A DNA stretch of 64,000 nt from the human T2T-CHM13v2.0 reference genome, Homo sapiens. Position numbers and translations under genes: made by a program. The stretch lies in assembly GCF_009914755.1 (NCBI RefSeq), contig NC_060925.1; one strand, written 5' to 3'. Under the pieces are notes generated by a model. The model saw only the letters and a list, made by a program, of their open reading frames with translations. It had not been told where the DNA came from and searched no databases. Shown here piece by piece: positions 44,279-59,598 of the stretch; the stretch's first letter is position 1; each line of letters starts with the position of its first letter.

Positions 44279-45025
44279 TGTTATATAATTTGTCTGGTCT
44301 TTGTCCCAGGTTCCTGGCACAGAGCTTCTAAAACCCCTGGAATTTTCCAAGTGATATAAATATCTTTGTTATTCATAAGCCCCTGGGATCATACCTTAGT
44401 TTCTGATAGTCAGATGGTTCAATATGTGGGCTAGTGACCAGAAGAACAAACCATATGATTAGAGGGCTGGGGCTTTGAACCAGCCCAACCTCTGGGGCAG
44501 GGAAGGGGCCTGAACATTGAGTTATCAATTATGTCTATATAATGAAACCCTAATAAAAACTCTTGACACTGAAGCTCAATGCTGCTTCCTAATTTGTGAA
44601 CACACTGACATGCTAGAAGGGTGATGTGCCCCAATTCCATGGAAGGAGGGCACAGAAGTTCTGCAATTGAGATTCTCCCAGGCCTCATCCTAAGTGTCTC
44701 TTCATCTGGCTGTCCCTGATTTATCTTTTATAATAAGCCTGTAATAATAAGAACAGCACTTTCCTAAGTTCTGTGAGTTGTTCCAGTGAATTGTCAAACC
44801 TGAAAGGGATCATGGGAACCCCTCAGATTTGTAGCCAGCTGGTCAGAAGTATGGGTGGCCTGGGGATCTGACCTGAGACTGGCATCTGAAATGGGGCAAG
44901 TCTTGTTGGGGGCCATGCTCTCATAAACTTGTAGAGTCTGACTCTAACACTGGGTGGTTGGTGTCAGAACTGAATTGAAATACGTCAGATGTCATCAGAA
45001 TAGTTGGGGTTAAAACAGAATACCA
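44279..45025 (+). mobile_element. MER21-family LTR
   Basis: ctggtctttgtcccaggttcctggcacagagcttctaaaaccc...ttctgtgagttgttccagtgaattgtcaaacctg. Confidence 0.78.
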
Positions 45026-45081
45026 TAATTGAAGTCCTATGGTAGCTCAGTATACTCAATAGTAACCAGTGTTTACTATCA

Positions 45082-45413
<332 letters not shown>

Positions 45414-46594
45414 TCACTTGGTCTTTCAGATCTTTGACTTTCATATAACCACTCTTTCATACATTATATATTAATCAACATAAACTTCTTCTCATCTGTA
45501 GAATTGGGCTTTTCATTATTTCTCTTAAAAATAATAATTTTGAGCTGATGAATGGTGACAAGTCTATTAGAAAAAAGAGGTAAGGTACTTGCCAGGTATT
45601 TGGGGATTGGGACTTATTTGCTCACGCAAGGCAAGGACACAATCCCCAGTCGGAGGACCCATGGCCTGCTTTAATCACTCCTCACTGACCCATTATAGCA
45701 AGCACCAACTGCATTGTGGGCAGGCAGCAGTTGAAGGAGTTTTACCAGAGTTTATGTACATGTGTTTAGAGGAAGTACATCCAATTCCTTGACTCATGAA
45801 ATAATAGTTAATTTTCCCAAATAATGTTATGTGAACTAAGCCCTATAAATGACTGAAATACATTTTACAGCCAACATATTTAGTGCAAAACCAATTCAAA
45901 CAGAAAGTGATTTTCATGATGGTGATTTTTTAATGTCTCATCTCTAACTAGACTCTAAGCTCCTTGAAAGCAGGAACTATGCTTATAGCTATCTCTATCT
46001 CAAAAACCAACTCACCTGGATAGGAAATGAGGGGCAGATTCAGAGCACACAATTTGTTTAGCTTTGTTAACACATGTTACGGTGACTTCTACATGCTAGG
46101 CCAATGCTAGAAATACAGAAATGAAAGACGTGGTCCTTGTTTTTGACAAAAGCGCATAATCTAAAGGAGTCTGAAAATAAAGTTCATATCTTTTTAATGG
46201 AACATATCTTGTGCTATGTTTTTGAAATCTGAACAAGGTAAACTGGTGTATAAGAGGAGAAGAAAACCATGAAGCATACTCAGTCCTTTTCCAATGCCAT
46301 CTTGACACAGGTTGGAACCAGGACTAATACCATCAACTTTTGGTGTAATGGAAAGCAGAAATCTTAGAGAGAACACAGATTATATCCTTTATCCTGGATT
46401 AATTACTTAATCTCTTTAGTCTCATCTTTTTTAATTGTCAAATGAGGATGAATAAAGTCATTTATTGGCATAGATTGAAAAGATTAAACAAATAGCATGC
46501 CTGGCCAAAAGAACAATACTAAATGGTAACCATTATCACTATTATTACCACCATCATCATCAATACCGTATTTCAAATTTCAAGAGTGCATGCA

Positions 46595-47374
<780 letters not shown>

Positions 47375-47589
47375 GAAACAAAGGACTGGAGATTGACATC
47401 ATTAAGCAATCAAGCAATCAGTGATAAGTCTTGAGAGAGCAGAACCATCTACAAATGATATGAACAGATAAATAATCTTAAACTGGCAGCATTAAGTCAA
47501 AGAGATATACCTATATCTGGTTTTAGGAAACATTATTTGCATAATTCTAACATACTTTATGTGGAATACAGAGAAGGAATAAGACAAGC

Positions 47590-47702
47590 AGAAAGTGAGG
47601 GAAGGGAAGGAAGGGAAAGAAGAAAAGGAAACAAGGGAAGGGAAGAAGAAGAAAGAGAAAGCATGAAGGAATTAAACAAAGAAAGGAAAGGAGAAAAAGA
47701 AA
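47590..47702. repeat. GA-rich low-complexity tract
   Basis: gggaagggaaggaagggaaagaagaaaagg... Confidence 0.8.
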
Positions 47703-49294
47703 TACTGCAAATATGAAACAACTGCTTTAAGTGACTTGGTGCTTTGCCATAAAAATAGACAATAAAAGTGATAAAGTGATGTTGGTGAAGATAGGCAAAG
47801 AAATACTCTTTTGCAAAAGTTAAACAAAATCAAACACTGGATTTCCTCAAAATCTTTAGATTTTATAGTTATATACTTACAGCTATATAAGCACCTTTAC
47901 CTTCATATAGGAAAAAAACCCTTGAAACAATTACTATACTAACTCTTTATAACATGAGGCTTCCTAGGAATGCACCTTCTATAATACAGCAAAAGAGACT
48001 GTACCGAGACATATCACAGTGCTAAGGGGAAGATGGCATTATGCCAAGGAACTCTACAGAAGTACTGCTTAGAAAATCCAGACACCTGGCACCCTAAAGC
48101 CTTTTTTCACTTGGGTATTACGGTCCACCAACAACTAGGTTGGTGGGTTTGGAGGCAGATTTTCATTTCTGGAAAGGGGTAATTCAAACACTCAAGAAGA
48201 GTCCTAGGCAGGTAATCTAAACAGAAAGTGAGAATGGAAACTGACATTGCATAATGGGACTGTATGATGCAGTCATTTTTCAAAGGATACTTCTGTTGAG
48301 ATGAAGAATCCCTGATTTCTGATGATAGGGTAATAGGGAAAACTGGAGAAGATCCTAGCCCACATGAAATCATCTCTTTCATGAAGTGTATACATTTATA
48401 TTATTGTACTATTTTGTATTATAATTTATTTGTCTGATTCCTCTACTAGATTATGAGCCTTGTGGGGTGAGGTTGCTTCATGTTTATTTCTTTATCCCCT
48501 AATCTGAATTTTCTGAGAATTAGTCCTAAATCCCTGTCGGATAAAATTGTGGGAGGTTTTGAAATGGGCAAGAGAGATTACTGCATATTCTATCAATGGA
48601 ATCTGGAGCCTTCCAGGATTACCTGATTGTATAGAGATGTGTTACTTGGTCTCTCTTTAATTAGGCTATTTCACAGCTTTGTCAAGAAAGATGTCAGCTT
48701 GTTGAAAACTCACAGTAATGCAAATAATTCCTGTCCACTGAAATGCAAACTGTGCCCAGGTAATGCAATTGATAACTGTCCTATGGGTATTGACGAGTTT
48801 TGTCACCATTTGTGAATTAAGTTCAGCATTCCCTGACAATAAATATGTGGTACTTTGGGTCCTCTCTGAGCCATCTTTGTACTATCTTTCTGTTTCCCAC
48901 ATGGATTAATGAGTTAAAATTTTGTTCATTCTATATTTGTGTGAGAGTCGTAATTTTATCTTTTTTTTTTTAAGGAAAATTATCCCTCAATCATCCCTAA
49001 CAAGTTTTAAATTTCATTTAGGGCAGGGACTGTATCTTTCAATGTATCGTAAAAATACAACTAGATTTGGAAAAGGCCTAGGTTTAATCGTTGCTCAGTA
49101 AGTACTGATTGTATATGATGCAAGCTAATTTCCAGCGCCATCTTTAATTCTCAGTGGTTCATATATCATATATTAGATGGGATTAATTCCTGCCTTGCCA
49201 ACTTTCAAAGACCTGTTGTGAGAATCAGATAATAACCTGCAAACATTTGGGTAATCTATAAAGCTCCCTGCTCTGTCATTTGCAAGGCTATCAA

Positions 49295-49830
49295 AGTGGT
49301 TTTCCTACAACACTCAAGGGATAGTCTTTGTTTTCTGCTCAAAACCCTTCACTGACTCCTCTTGCCCACAGAATGACATTTAAACTCCCCAGGATGGTAC
49401 AAAAATCATCCTCGGATGATCCAGCCCTTGCCTACCCTCTAGCCTCACCTTTAGTCAGCTCTTCTTAACCTTAATACACAGCAGTAATAAACGATTTATA
49501 CAGTTCCAAACACTACATATGCTGACTCCTTCCATCTGGATCGCCCCCTCTTTCACCTCCTCAGTCTACCTAAAAAACGTCTACTCATCCTTTAAAACCT
49601 AATTTGCATAGAATAGAAGCTTTCCTCATACTCTCAGACAAAATCATTATCTCTTCCATGAAGTGTATACATTTATATTATTGTGCTATACTGTATTATA
49701 ATTTATTTGTGTCTGATTCCTCTACTAGATTATGAGCCTTAAAGGGTAATGCTGCTTCATGTTTATTTCTTTATCCCCTGTATCTAACACATGGTGAGTG
49801 CTAAATACTGAATAGTTGAAATGAAATGTA
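49295..49830 (+). mobile_element. L2 relic
   Basis: ctgctcaaaacccttcactgactcc...ctactcatcctttaaaacc...ctactagattatgagcc...gttgaaatgaaatg. Confidence 0.72.
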
Positions 49831-51471
49831 AGGGATTAGTGATTATTGTATCTCCATTTTCCCTATAGCAACTAGCATAGAGTTAAGCATACACTAGTGT
49901 TTAGTAAATAATCTCCAATTACTATCATTTCTTATAATTATTACTATTAAACCCTAATTCAGGGTGGAGGCTAGAAAAGGGTGTGATGCTAAGGCAAAGG
50001 TAAATTGACTGATAATCAAACACTCAGGTCAATCTACTAGACACTTTTTTATAAATAACTTAATTCTCACAACAAACCCAATGATACAGGCATTAATATT
50101 CTCATTTTATAGGTGAATAAACTGAGGTACAAATAATTTAACTGGTGTAAAGTCATAGAGCTGATAGTAAATAGCACAAGTTCTGTTGTAGGGTTTACCC
50201 GCATTTGTTGTTTCTGGGGTTTACCTGCACTTTCATACCCTCCACTTCATTTGGCCCTCACAATTCTGCAGGGTACATAGGACAAATGTCAGTTGTTCCT
50301 TTATTACAAGTGAAGAAAAAAAGATTTAGAGACTTTATATGACTTATAAAGGTCACACAGCTAGTAATCACTGGATTTAGGATTAGAATATCTTGGTCAA
50401 ATGACCCTAAATCTTATACTTTTTCCAGAGGGCAAACAGCTTCTCTTGGCAATAAGAGATTACTTAAAGGTCACTCATAAAACTGAAAGAGCAGACAAAT
50501 TCAATTAAAATAAAACAAAACAAGGGTGCTATTTAAAGGATCAGATTCCAAACTTTTCAATCAAAACAATTTCATTAATAATTAATATAATTTCAAAATA
50601 ACTTTTAACTTTCTCTCTGCACCTCCCAACACACACAGAGTTAATGCAAGTTCACACGAGAACCTGGGTAGGAGGTTCATTACTTGCATTTTCTAAGACA
50701 CATATTTCAACTCTTAGTATATATGTCATACTCAATATCCAGGGATAGGTCCCCAAAGTGGGGAGAAGTGAGCAAGGAGGCAGTCATATAGTTTGCCTGA
50801 AACCAAATAAAATGCTTCTATTTTTATATCTGAGATATGTACAAATATTGATGACTTTCCCAATTTATCCAATCAACATTTATTGAGTATGTGTCAGTCC
50901 CCGGGCTAGGGAATATAAAGATAGACAGGACTAGAACCATGTTATGTGAGAAAGACAAGCAAATCCATTAACGATTAACAGAATGTAGTATGTAGTTACC
51001 ATAGGTATGTTAAAAGTAGTGACCAATTCCATCCAAAGGAATTGAAGAGGCTTCACATAGGAGGTGACTTTTCAATCAGAACTTGGAGAATGCATCGTAT
51101 CCCAGAGAGGAAAGTTTAGTTAATTCTAAGCAAAGGAAAGTGGAAAAGTAATAAGTAGTGAAAGGGCTTGTATGATGGCCTATAGAAAATGACAGGTGGT
51201 TTAAGAATAGGATCTATGGCAAGAAGCAGTGACTGAACTAGCAAACTGGGCTGCAATCAGATGAAGAATAATTTTAAATGCCATTCTAAAACACCAGGCA
51301 GACTAGCGCTTTTTAAGCCTTTTTTGGTCAAAGAACCATCTTCAAACAAATTGTTAGGTAAAACATAACAATAATAAAGACACAGCTTATCTGGTGAAAG
51401 GGGAGCAAGGAGGCAGAGTCCACCCTGCCTCACCTTGAACCTCCTGGTATCCCTGCACAGAAACCTTAAGT

Positions 51472-51745
51472 GGTGCTACTATTCAATGTGTGGTCTTCAT
51501 AAGCAAAATGTTTGTTACCTGTTTGCAAAAAGTACAGAATTTACAGTAAATACTTGGAAATTTCCTACAGCAATTTAACAGAATAATTTTATGTCATTAA
51601 ATCTTATAAGATTTTGAGGTTTATACTTCATCTTTACAAAAATTTCATCTTTCTAGTAATTCATTTTTATTACACTTACAAAATTATTAGTCTGAGACAA
51701 ACAGAAAATAAAACTACCCTTTCACCACATATCATTTAAGGGATG
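51472..51745 (+). mobile_element. MER5C-like (hAT-Charlie)
   Basis: gtgctactattcaatgtgtggtc...tgtttgttacc...ttctagtaattcatttttatt...ttcaccacatatcattt. Confidence 0.6.
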
Positions 51746-52029
51746 ATAAATGCCCTAGAATTTCCACAAATGATGAGATTTGTAACTTAGAAAAATAACT
51801 CTAGTGGCATTTTAGAGGGAAAAGACCAACTAGCAAATATAAAGCATAAGCAATATGAAAAAAATAGAAAATTTCAGATGACATAAGGATTACTTTTGTA
51901 AATGTTTAGCATCCGGCAAACAATGAATAAAGACTTTTAAGTTCACAGAAAAAGGCGAAAGTAGTCAAGAAAGGCTTAGATATGGAAGTAGATTTTTAGA
52001 AAGACATTAAGCCATCAAGGTCCAGACCT

Positions 52030-52440
52030 AAATTCATTTAGTCAACAAATATTAATATTATTTATTATATATGTTACATTATTTACTGAAATACCTACTT
52101 AAATACTAGGTGCTCAGGATACAATATTGAACAGAAGACATGGTCCCTGCTATTCTGACATATATTAATCAACCAAAAAATACAAATATGGCTTCATTTA
52201 AAAAACTATTATAAGTACTACAAAGCAAAGTCACAAGGTACTATGAAATGTGCAACATGGAGATTATTTTGAATAGATTCTGGGAGATCAAGGAAGGATT
52301 CCCTAAGGAAGTTATGTCTCCGTTGAAATCTAAACAATGAATAGACAAGGAAGGGGAGAGAGCATTCTAGGCAGAGGGAACAATCATAAGAAAAAACCCT
52401 GAGGTGGGATGGGCCATGACTAGCCCACAGAAGAAAGGGT
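52030..52440 (-). mobile_element. L2 relic
   Basis: ttcatttagtcaacaaatatt...ctaggtgctcaggataca...gagcattctaggcagagggaaca. Confidence 0.7.
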
Positions 52441-53055
52441 GGTGCATAGAAAGCAGATAGTTCTGCATCCCCATCCCCCACCAACACTCTCACCACGGAT
52501 CATGTTAGCTCTGCTGATTTAAAATCCTTCAGTGGCTTTCCATTGCACTGATATACAAATGACATTTTCCCTTGTGGTCTACATGACATGGAGCCTACCT
52601 TCTGAGCCTCATATGGTGCCATAATCCCCTAGCTAAGTTCCAGTCACATTGGCTCCCTTTCTGAGTCTTGAATATATGACAGTCTTTCCTGTCTCTGAGA
52701 CTTAGCACATGCTGTTTGCTCTGCCTGGGAGTGTCTTCCTCTGACTTTTGGTTTATTCTTTCTCAGCTAAAAAATCACCTCCTCGTAGAGCACTAAACAA
52801 CTGCCCTTCCATAGTCACTCTGTTTAAATTTAATGTAAAAATTATATTATTGAGCCTTTAATTTTAAAAGAAAGGAAATTCTGACACACGCTATAACACA
52901 GACGAACCTTGAAGACATGCTGAGTGATATAAGCCAGTGACAAGAGGGAAAACATTGTATGATTCTACTCATATGAAGTGCATGGAGTATTACAGTCAAA
53001 TTCATAGAGACATAAAGTAAAATGGTAGTTGCCAGGAACTGGAGGGAGGGAGGAA

Positions 53056-53709
53056 TGTATGCCATGGGTGCAACTAGCTGGGGCCTATGTCACAAGTGGT
53101 AAAGAAATTTACCAAGACAGTTATAGGTAAAGAAAGGCAGATTTGGCTGGGCGCAGTGGCTCACGTCTGTAATCCTAGCACTTTGGGAAGCCGAGGCGGG
53201 CAGATCATGAGGTCAGGTCAAGACCAGTCTGGCCAACATAGTGAAACCCCGTCTCTACTAAAAATACAAAAAATTCGCCAGGCATGGTGGTGTGCACCTG
53301 TAATCCCAGCTACTTGGGAGGCTGAGGGAGGAGAATCATGTGAACCCTGGAGGTGGAGGTTGCAGTGAGCTGGTGAGCTGAGATTGCACCATTGCACTCC
53401 TGCCTGGTCGACAGTGCAAGACTCTGTCTCAAAAACAAAACAAAAACAAAACAAAAGGAGGCAGATTTATTAGAGAAAGTATGAAAATATGTTGCAAAGG
53501 TGCAATAGGCAGCACAGCAGAGAAAGGGCTGTCTACAAAGAGGCAAGGACTGGAGGGAAGTTTTACAGGGTCATGCTGGAGGGGGCTATGAGGACAAGGT
53601 AGTTGTGCCAGTGGTTGTTTGTAATTAGCCGTCTCTCAGAACAATTGTTCATTGTTCTCCCCTACCTGTGGCTCCTTCCTCTTTGCTGCTTACTTATTGG
53701 GACTCCACA
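53056..53709 (-). mobile_element. ERVL solo LTR (LTR47-like) containing an Alu
   Basis: Minus strand begins TGTGGAGTCCCAATAAGTAAGCAGC...gagaacaat..gttctgagagacggctaa; family name tentative. Confidence 0.6.
53145..53453 (+). mobile_element. AluS
   Basis: (AAAAC)n tail; TSD aggcagattt on both sides. Confidence 0.92.
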
Positions 53710-53945
53710 ATGGGATGTATAATTATTGTTTAATGGATAGAGTTTCAGTTTAACAAAATGAAACAAGTTCTGGAGATGGATGGTGATGAGGGTTGCGCAG
53801 CAATGTGACTATACTTAGTACTGTTAAAAATAGTTGAAATGGCAAATTTTATGTTACATATATTTTACCACAATTAAAAAATAATTAAAGAAAACATTCT
53901 ATAAGCTACATTAAGACCAGCAGGAAGCATATAAACAATGTAAGG

Positions 53946-54210
53946 AGCCAAGCACAGTGGCTCACGCCTGTAATCCCAGCAGTTTGGGAGGCTGAGGTGG
54001 GAGCATCACTTAAGCCTAGGAGTTCAAGACCAGCCCTGGCAACATGGTGAGACCCCATTTCTACAAAATAAAAAAAAAAATTAGCTGGGTGTGATGGTGC
54101 GCACCTGTGGTTCCAGGTACTTAGGAGGCTGCAGTGAGCCGTGATCACATCACTGCACTCAACCTGGGTGACAGAGCAAGATCCTGACTTGGGGAAAAAA
54201 AAAAAGAAAG
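53946..54210 (+). mobile_element. AluJ with an internal deletion
   Basis: J-type motifs; part of the right arm missing. Confidence 0.85.
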
Positions 54211-54396
54211 GAATGTAGAGAGAATAGTATAATTATCAGACTTAAAATTTTAAATATTTAACCCTGAAAGCAACGTGGAAGATGATTAAAGGGGACCCAG
54301 AGCAGTTGTAGGCAAAGTGTTCAGATGCAACTGCAGTAATTCAGAAGAGAGATGACAGAAGCTTGGACCAGGTTGGTGGCAGTTAAGATTCATTCA

Positions 54397-54658
<262 letters not shown>

Positions 54659-54746
54659 AAGATTCATTAATTCATTTAACTTTTTAATGAATGCATTATA
54701 TGCCATGCACTGTGATAGGAGTCACATATAAGAATAAGATTGGCAA

Positions 54747-55194
54747 TGCGGCACTATTCACAATAGCAAAGACTTGGAACCAACCCAAATGTCCATCAAT
54801 GATAGACTAGATTAAGAAAATGTGGCACATATACACCATGGAATACTATGTAGCCATGAAAAAGGATGAGTTCATGCCCTTTGTAGGGACATGGATGAAG
54901 CTGGAAACCATCATTCTGAGCAAACTATCACAAGGACAGAAAACCAAACACTGCATGTTCTCACTCACAGGTGGGAAGTGAACAATGAGAACACTTGGAC
55001 ACAGGGAGGGGAACAGCACACACCAGGGCCTGTCGGAGGGTAGAGGGCTGGGGGAGGGATAGCATTAGGAGAAATACCTAATGTAAATGACAAGTTAATA
55101 GGTGCAGCAAACCAACATGGCACATGTATACCTATGTAACAAACCTGCACATTGTGCACATGTACCCTAGAAATTAAAGTATAATTAAAAAAAA
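54747..55194 (+). mobile_element. 5'-truncated L1PA5/6 3' end, inserted in an antisense L2
   Basis: Perfect 14-bp TSD AATAAGATTGGCAA at 54733-54746 and 55195-55208. Confidence 0.93.
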
Positions 55195-55833
55195 AATAAG
55201 ATTGGCAAGACCCCTGCCCTCATGTCCTCATGGAACTTAACAAGTAAGCAAATAAATAATTACATGTTGTGATTAAGTGCTATAACAGAATTAACAGAGT
55301 GACTGTGGAAGGGCAGTCAGTATGGCCTCTATGAGGAGGTAATGTTTAAGAATGAATCAAGAGTCAGGGGAAGACTCTCCCAGGCAGATGAAACAGTATG
55401 TGCCAAGTCTGAGAGACAGGAAAGAGCTTCACATCTTCAAGAAATGAAATGGGAGCCAATGTAACTAGAACTTAGCTAGGGGATGGTGGCACTATGTGAG
55501 GCTAAGAAGGTAGTCTCCATATCATGTAGACCACAAGGGAAAATATCATTTGTATATCCAATGCAATGGAAAGCCACTGAAGGATTTTAGGCAGAGATAT
55601 GATCTGATCTGTGGTGACCGCATTGGTGGAGGATAGGGTACAAAAGTAGACACACGAAAGCCATATAGGGGGTTGATATAATGGTCCAAAAGAAGAACTA
55701 TGGTGGCTTAGACTAGAATGAAGGAAGTGGTGAGGGAGGGGTAGAAAGATTCTTTAGATATTTAGGATGTAGTCCTAAGGGGTATCAGCAATGAACTAAA
55801 AATGGAGAAAAGATAATTTAACAAATGATTCCC

Positions 55834-56125
55834 AGCCAGGCACCATCCCAGCACTTCAGGAGGCTGAGGCGGGAGGATCACTGGAGCCCAGGAGTTCAAG
55901 ACTAGCTTGGGCAAGATGGCAAGACTTTATCCCTATAAAATAAAAATTTAAAAATTAGCTGGGTTCCATAGCACACGCCTGAGGTCTTACCTACTCAGAA
56001 GGCTGAGGGAAGAGGATCCCCTGAGCCCAGGAATTCAAGGCAGCAGTGAGCTATGATCGCATCACTGCACTCCAGCCTGAGCAACAAAGCAAGACCCTAT
56101 GTCTTAAAAAAAAAAAAAAAATTAA
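55834..56125 (+). mobile_element. AluJ
   Basis: J-type dimer; flanking repeat aaatgattc(c/t)cag. Confidence 0.85.
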
Positions 56126-56839
56126 AGAAATGATTCTCAGATTTTAGGCCTGAACAAATAGATGAATTAGGGGGCTGTTCACTGAAACTGGCAACAATGA
56201 GTAAGTATCAGACTTACTTAGAGAGCTTTTAGAAAATATTAATTCCTATGTTCTATCCCCTTAGAGATCCCAATTCAATATAATTTTTTTGGCACATGGT
56301 ACTTTTAATTTTAAAAATTTCTCCAGGCGATTCTGATATTCAACAAGGTTTGGGACTTGCTGCTACAAACGAAGTTAACCAGAGTAGATTATTATTGCTT
56401 GCAAATTAAAGAACCCCATATGATTAGAAATTGGTTTGTGGGAGTGGCACAAATGATAGTCCCTAAAACACAGAATTGACTGGATCAAAGTTGAGAACAG
56501 AACAGTAGAATTCTATATACCATGTTAAGAGGTTGGCCGTCTTTATAATATGCTATGAGACAGCTGATCAAACTGTGGTCTATTTTGTACTGGGATTCAC
56601 TATTACTAGGACTTGGCATGTTTTTGACACTATATACATAAGAAACTGAGGCAGAAAAAGTTCATATGACATCCACCTAGTATACATTCTGGCACATGCA
56701 TCTATCAACAAACTGCAGTTTGTCAGTCATTATCAAATGAGTCAACTAAATTAGGCACATCATTTTATGAAGAAATATGTTTTAATTAAATCTCAAAGAA
56801 ATAACATCTAAAATTAGAATAATTTTATTATAACTTTTT

Positions 56840-57570
56840 AAAAATAAACTTTTTCTATTAGAACAGTTTTAGATTTACAGAAAAACTGCAGATAGCTCCC
56901 ATATACCCTGTACTATTTCCCCTACTACTAACATTTTACATTAGTATGGCATATTTGTTACAATTCATGAACCAATATTGATACCTTATTAACTAAAGTC
57001 CACACTTTATTCAGACTTCCCTAATTTTTACCTGAGATTACTTTTCTATGACAGGACCCCATCCAGTATACCATGCTACATTATATTTAGTCATTATGTC
57101 TTCTTAGCCTCTTCTTGGCTGACACTTTCTCAAACGTTCCTTGTTTGATGACTTTAACAGTTTTGTGGAGTATTAGAAATTTTATAGGCCAGGTGTGGTG
57201 GCTCACGCCTGTAATCCCAGCACTTTGGGAGGCAGAGGCGGGCAGATCACGAGGTCAGGAGTTCGAGAACAGCCCGGCCAACATAGCGAAACTCGGTCTC
57301 TATTAAAAATACAAAAAATTAGCCGGGTGTGGTGGTAGGCACCTGTAATCCTAGCTACTCAGGAGGCTGAGGCAGGAGAATCGCTTGAACCCAGGGAGGT
57401 GGAGGTTACAGCGAGCCAAGATCTCACACACCGCACACCAGCCAGGGTGACAGTGCAAGACTGTCTCAAAAAAAAAAAAAAAAGAAATTTTATAAAATGT
57501 ACCTCAGTTGGGATTATCTGATGTTTTCTCATGATTAGACTCAGGTTATGGCTTTTGGGGAGGAAGAGAT
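56840..57570 (-). mobile_element. L1MC-type fragment split by an Alu
   Basis: ttagaacagttttagatttacagaaaaac...catatttgttacaattcatgaaccaatattgata. Confidence 0.75.
57187..57482 (+). mobile_element. AluS (Sg-like)
   Basis: TSD agaaattttata at 57175-57186 and 57483-57494. Confidence 0.92.
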
Positions 57571-57644
57571 CTTAGGTAAAGTTATTATATCTGTCACCTA
57601 AATAGTAAAACCCACTGAGGGAAGAAACCCTATCTTATTCTCAC

Positions 57645-57770
57645 CTTTTTATCCTTAGTATGTAGCTGGTAAAGGTTGAAAAACTGCAAACCAAAGGTTG
57701 AAGGGGTACAGAAATGTTATAATTTATTAAAATATGAGCACTGATCCTAACGAGGAATCTAGTCATATAT
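57645..57770 (-). other. Candidate 126-nt spliced exon of an unidentified minus-strand host transcript
   Basis: Minus strand: tatttattttttaatttgagcAG|ATATATGAC...ATAAAAAG|GTgaga; non-repetitive; one open frame. Confidence 0.4.
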
Positions 57771-57964
57771 CTGCTCAAATTAAAAAATAAATATGACTTT
57801 GATTTGCTAAACCATTTCATTCTTCTAACCAGGGATCTTTTGTTTGCCGACATTGTTTGGTGAGATAGAAGATATATTCAGACTAAAAATATATGTGTCA
57901 ATTCCTGCAAGTAAACTTTGCCTCCTGTACTGATAAAGTCTCAGAATTACATAACACTGCTGTG

Positions 57965-58190
57965 GGGCACATATATGGTGAAATGAAAAGAGGACTGGGG
58001 TTGAAGTCAGGCTGGTCTGGGCTTGAAACCAAGTCCTATTACTTATAAACTGCATAATCTTGGCCAGCTATCTCTGAGTCTCAGTTTCTTTATGTATAAA
58101 ATAGAGGTGATACTACCTATATGCAGGTGGGTAAAAATAACGTGTTTATACGTTTCAACATATTTGACAGATACTCAAAAAAGGTTATTC
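57965..58190 (+). mobile_element. MIR
   Basis: cttggccagctatctctgagtctcagtttctttatgtataaaatagagg. Confidence 0.7.
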
Positions 58191-58633
58191 CCTTTTTTAG
58201 TACAGTACATTATATAGAGTAGGTCTGCTTTAAATACATTTTGGAATAAGGCAACATATGTATAAACAAACAAACACAGAAGATGCTGATTGTTACTTTC
58301 ACAAATTGGATAAATGAATTCTGAAACAATTTCACATGCCTTTTGCTTTTTCGAGCACCTAATACATGTCTGCTATGTGGCAGCCCCTCAAATGTTTGAT
58401 GATTCTTCCATCAGATATCCAGGACCAAGAGTCAAGAGAACCAGATTCCAGTTTTTGACCCTCGACAAACAAGTCCCTTCTTTAGGCCTCAGTTTCTTTA
58501 CTGAATAAATGACCTAATAGTTACAGAACTTGAGAGTGAGAAGAGATCTTAGAAATCATTCACGGCAACTCCTTGCCTAAATCACAGAACCACTGAGTGG
58601 CAAACTGGGACTTGAATCAGGACTCTTAATCCC

Positions 58634-58680
58634 TATATATAAGCCATATATATATAAGCCATATATATATAAGCCATATA
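58634..58680. repeat. Short tandem repeat, ~3 x 15 bp (ATATATATATAAGCC)
   Basis: tatatataagccatatatatataagccatatatatataagccatata. Confidence 0.85.
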
Positions 58681-59598
58681 ACTCTTTCCACATACCATGC
58701 AGCTTATAAGGTCTCTTTCACCTTCTTGTCTATGAAATATTTGGGATTGAACTACTACTGTTCTTTAGAATATCATCCCATTCTGAAAAATCCACTAAAC
58801 TAGCAAGCTAAGTTTTATCTTTATCAAAACCAGAAAGTACAGAAGAATAAACAAAATTGTCACTATCAATCATAGTTACCTAAGAGTAACTATGACTATA
58901 GATAGCAGAAGATCAAAAGTCTTTCGATCATGTTAATATATCAAGTACTTAAATATGGAGATGATCTATTTTTAATAGTCCCTGATTATATCTTCTTCAT
59001 AATTAAATGAAATTATAATCACTGGCCCACAGAACTGATAGACTGAATCACTAGTATTCTGAGATATCCATATCTCTATCATCCCGGTATTCCTTACTGT
59101 AACTTACAGCAAAATGATTTTTAAAAAAATATCCAATGATCTTCTCTTTTTAGGATTCCCATTTCATGTCTTTAGGGCCTTTCACACTGCTGACTATTCC
59201 TTTCTTTTTGAAACTTACCGTTGTTCTCTTGGCATCCAAACATCACTTTCTCCTGATTATGCTTATGGTATAGTGATTCAGAATATAACTTACTGCACAA
59301 GAGCACAGACTGTAGATCCAGACTGCCAGAGTCCAAATCCAGGCTCTACCACTTGCTATCCCTGTGATCTTTCACAGGTTACTTAACTTTGTGCTTGTTT
59401 AGTAAGTACTATAAAGGTATGTGTTGTTATTGTTCCTTAGTCTCTTCCTCTGCTGTGTTTCTTTAACCTCCACATATTCCACCTGGCAGATTCCACCCAC
59501 TGAAAGGGGTCTTTACCTCTTCCTATCTGGAAGGGCTTCTTTCATCTCCTCACCCTCTATCTGGTGAATTCCTTCTCAATCTTTAAGATTCAGTTTAG

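Larger units (their letters stand above)
52860..53890 (+). mobile_element. L1MB3-like 3' end split by an LTR plus Alu (53056-53709)
   Basis: aaaagaaaggaaattctgacac...gtcaaattcatagagac, resuming at ttattgtttaatggatagagtttcag. Confidence 0.8.

Noticed and set aside
58870-58897. 10-bp-stem hairpin containing a 14-mer (gagtaactatgact) resembling 28S rRNA near the R2/I-PpoI site
   Set aside because: The match does not extend; too short to distinguish from chance
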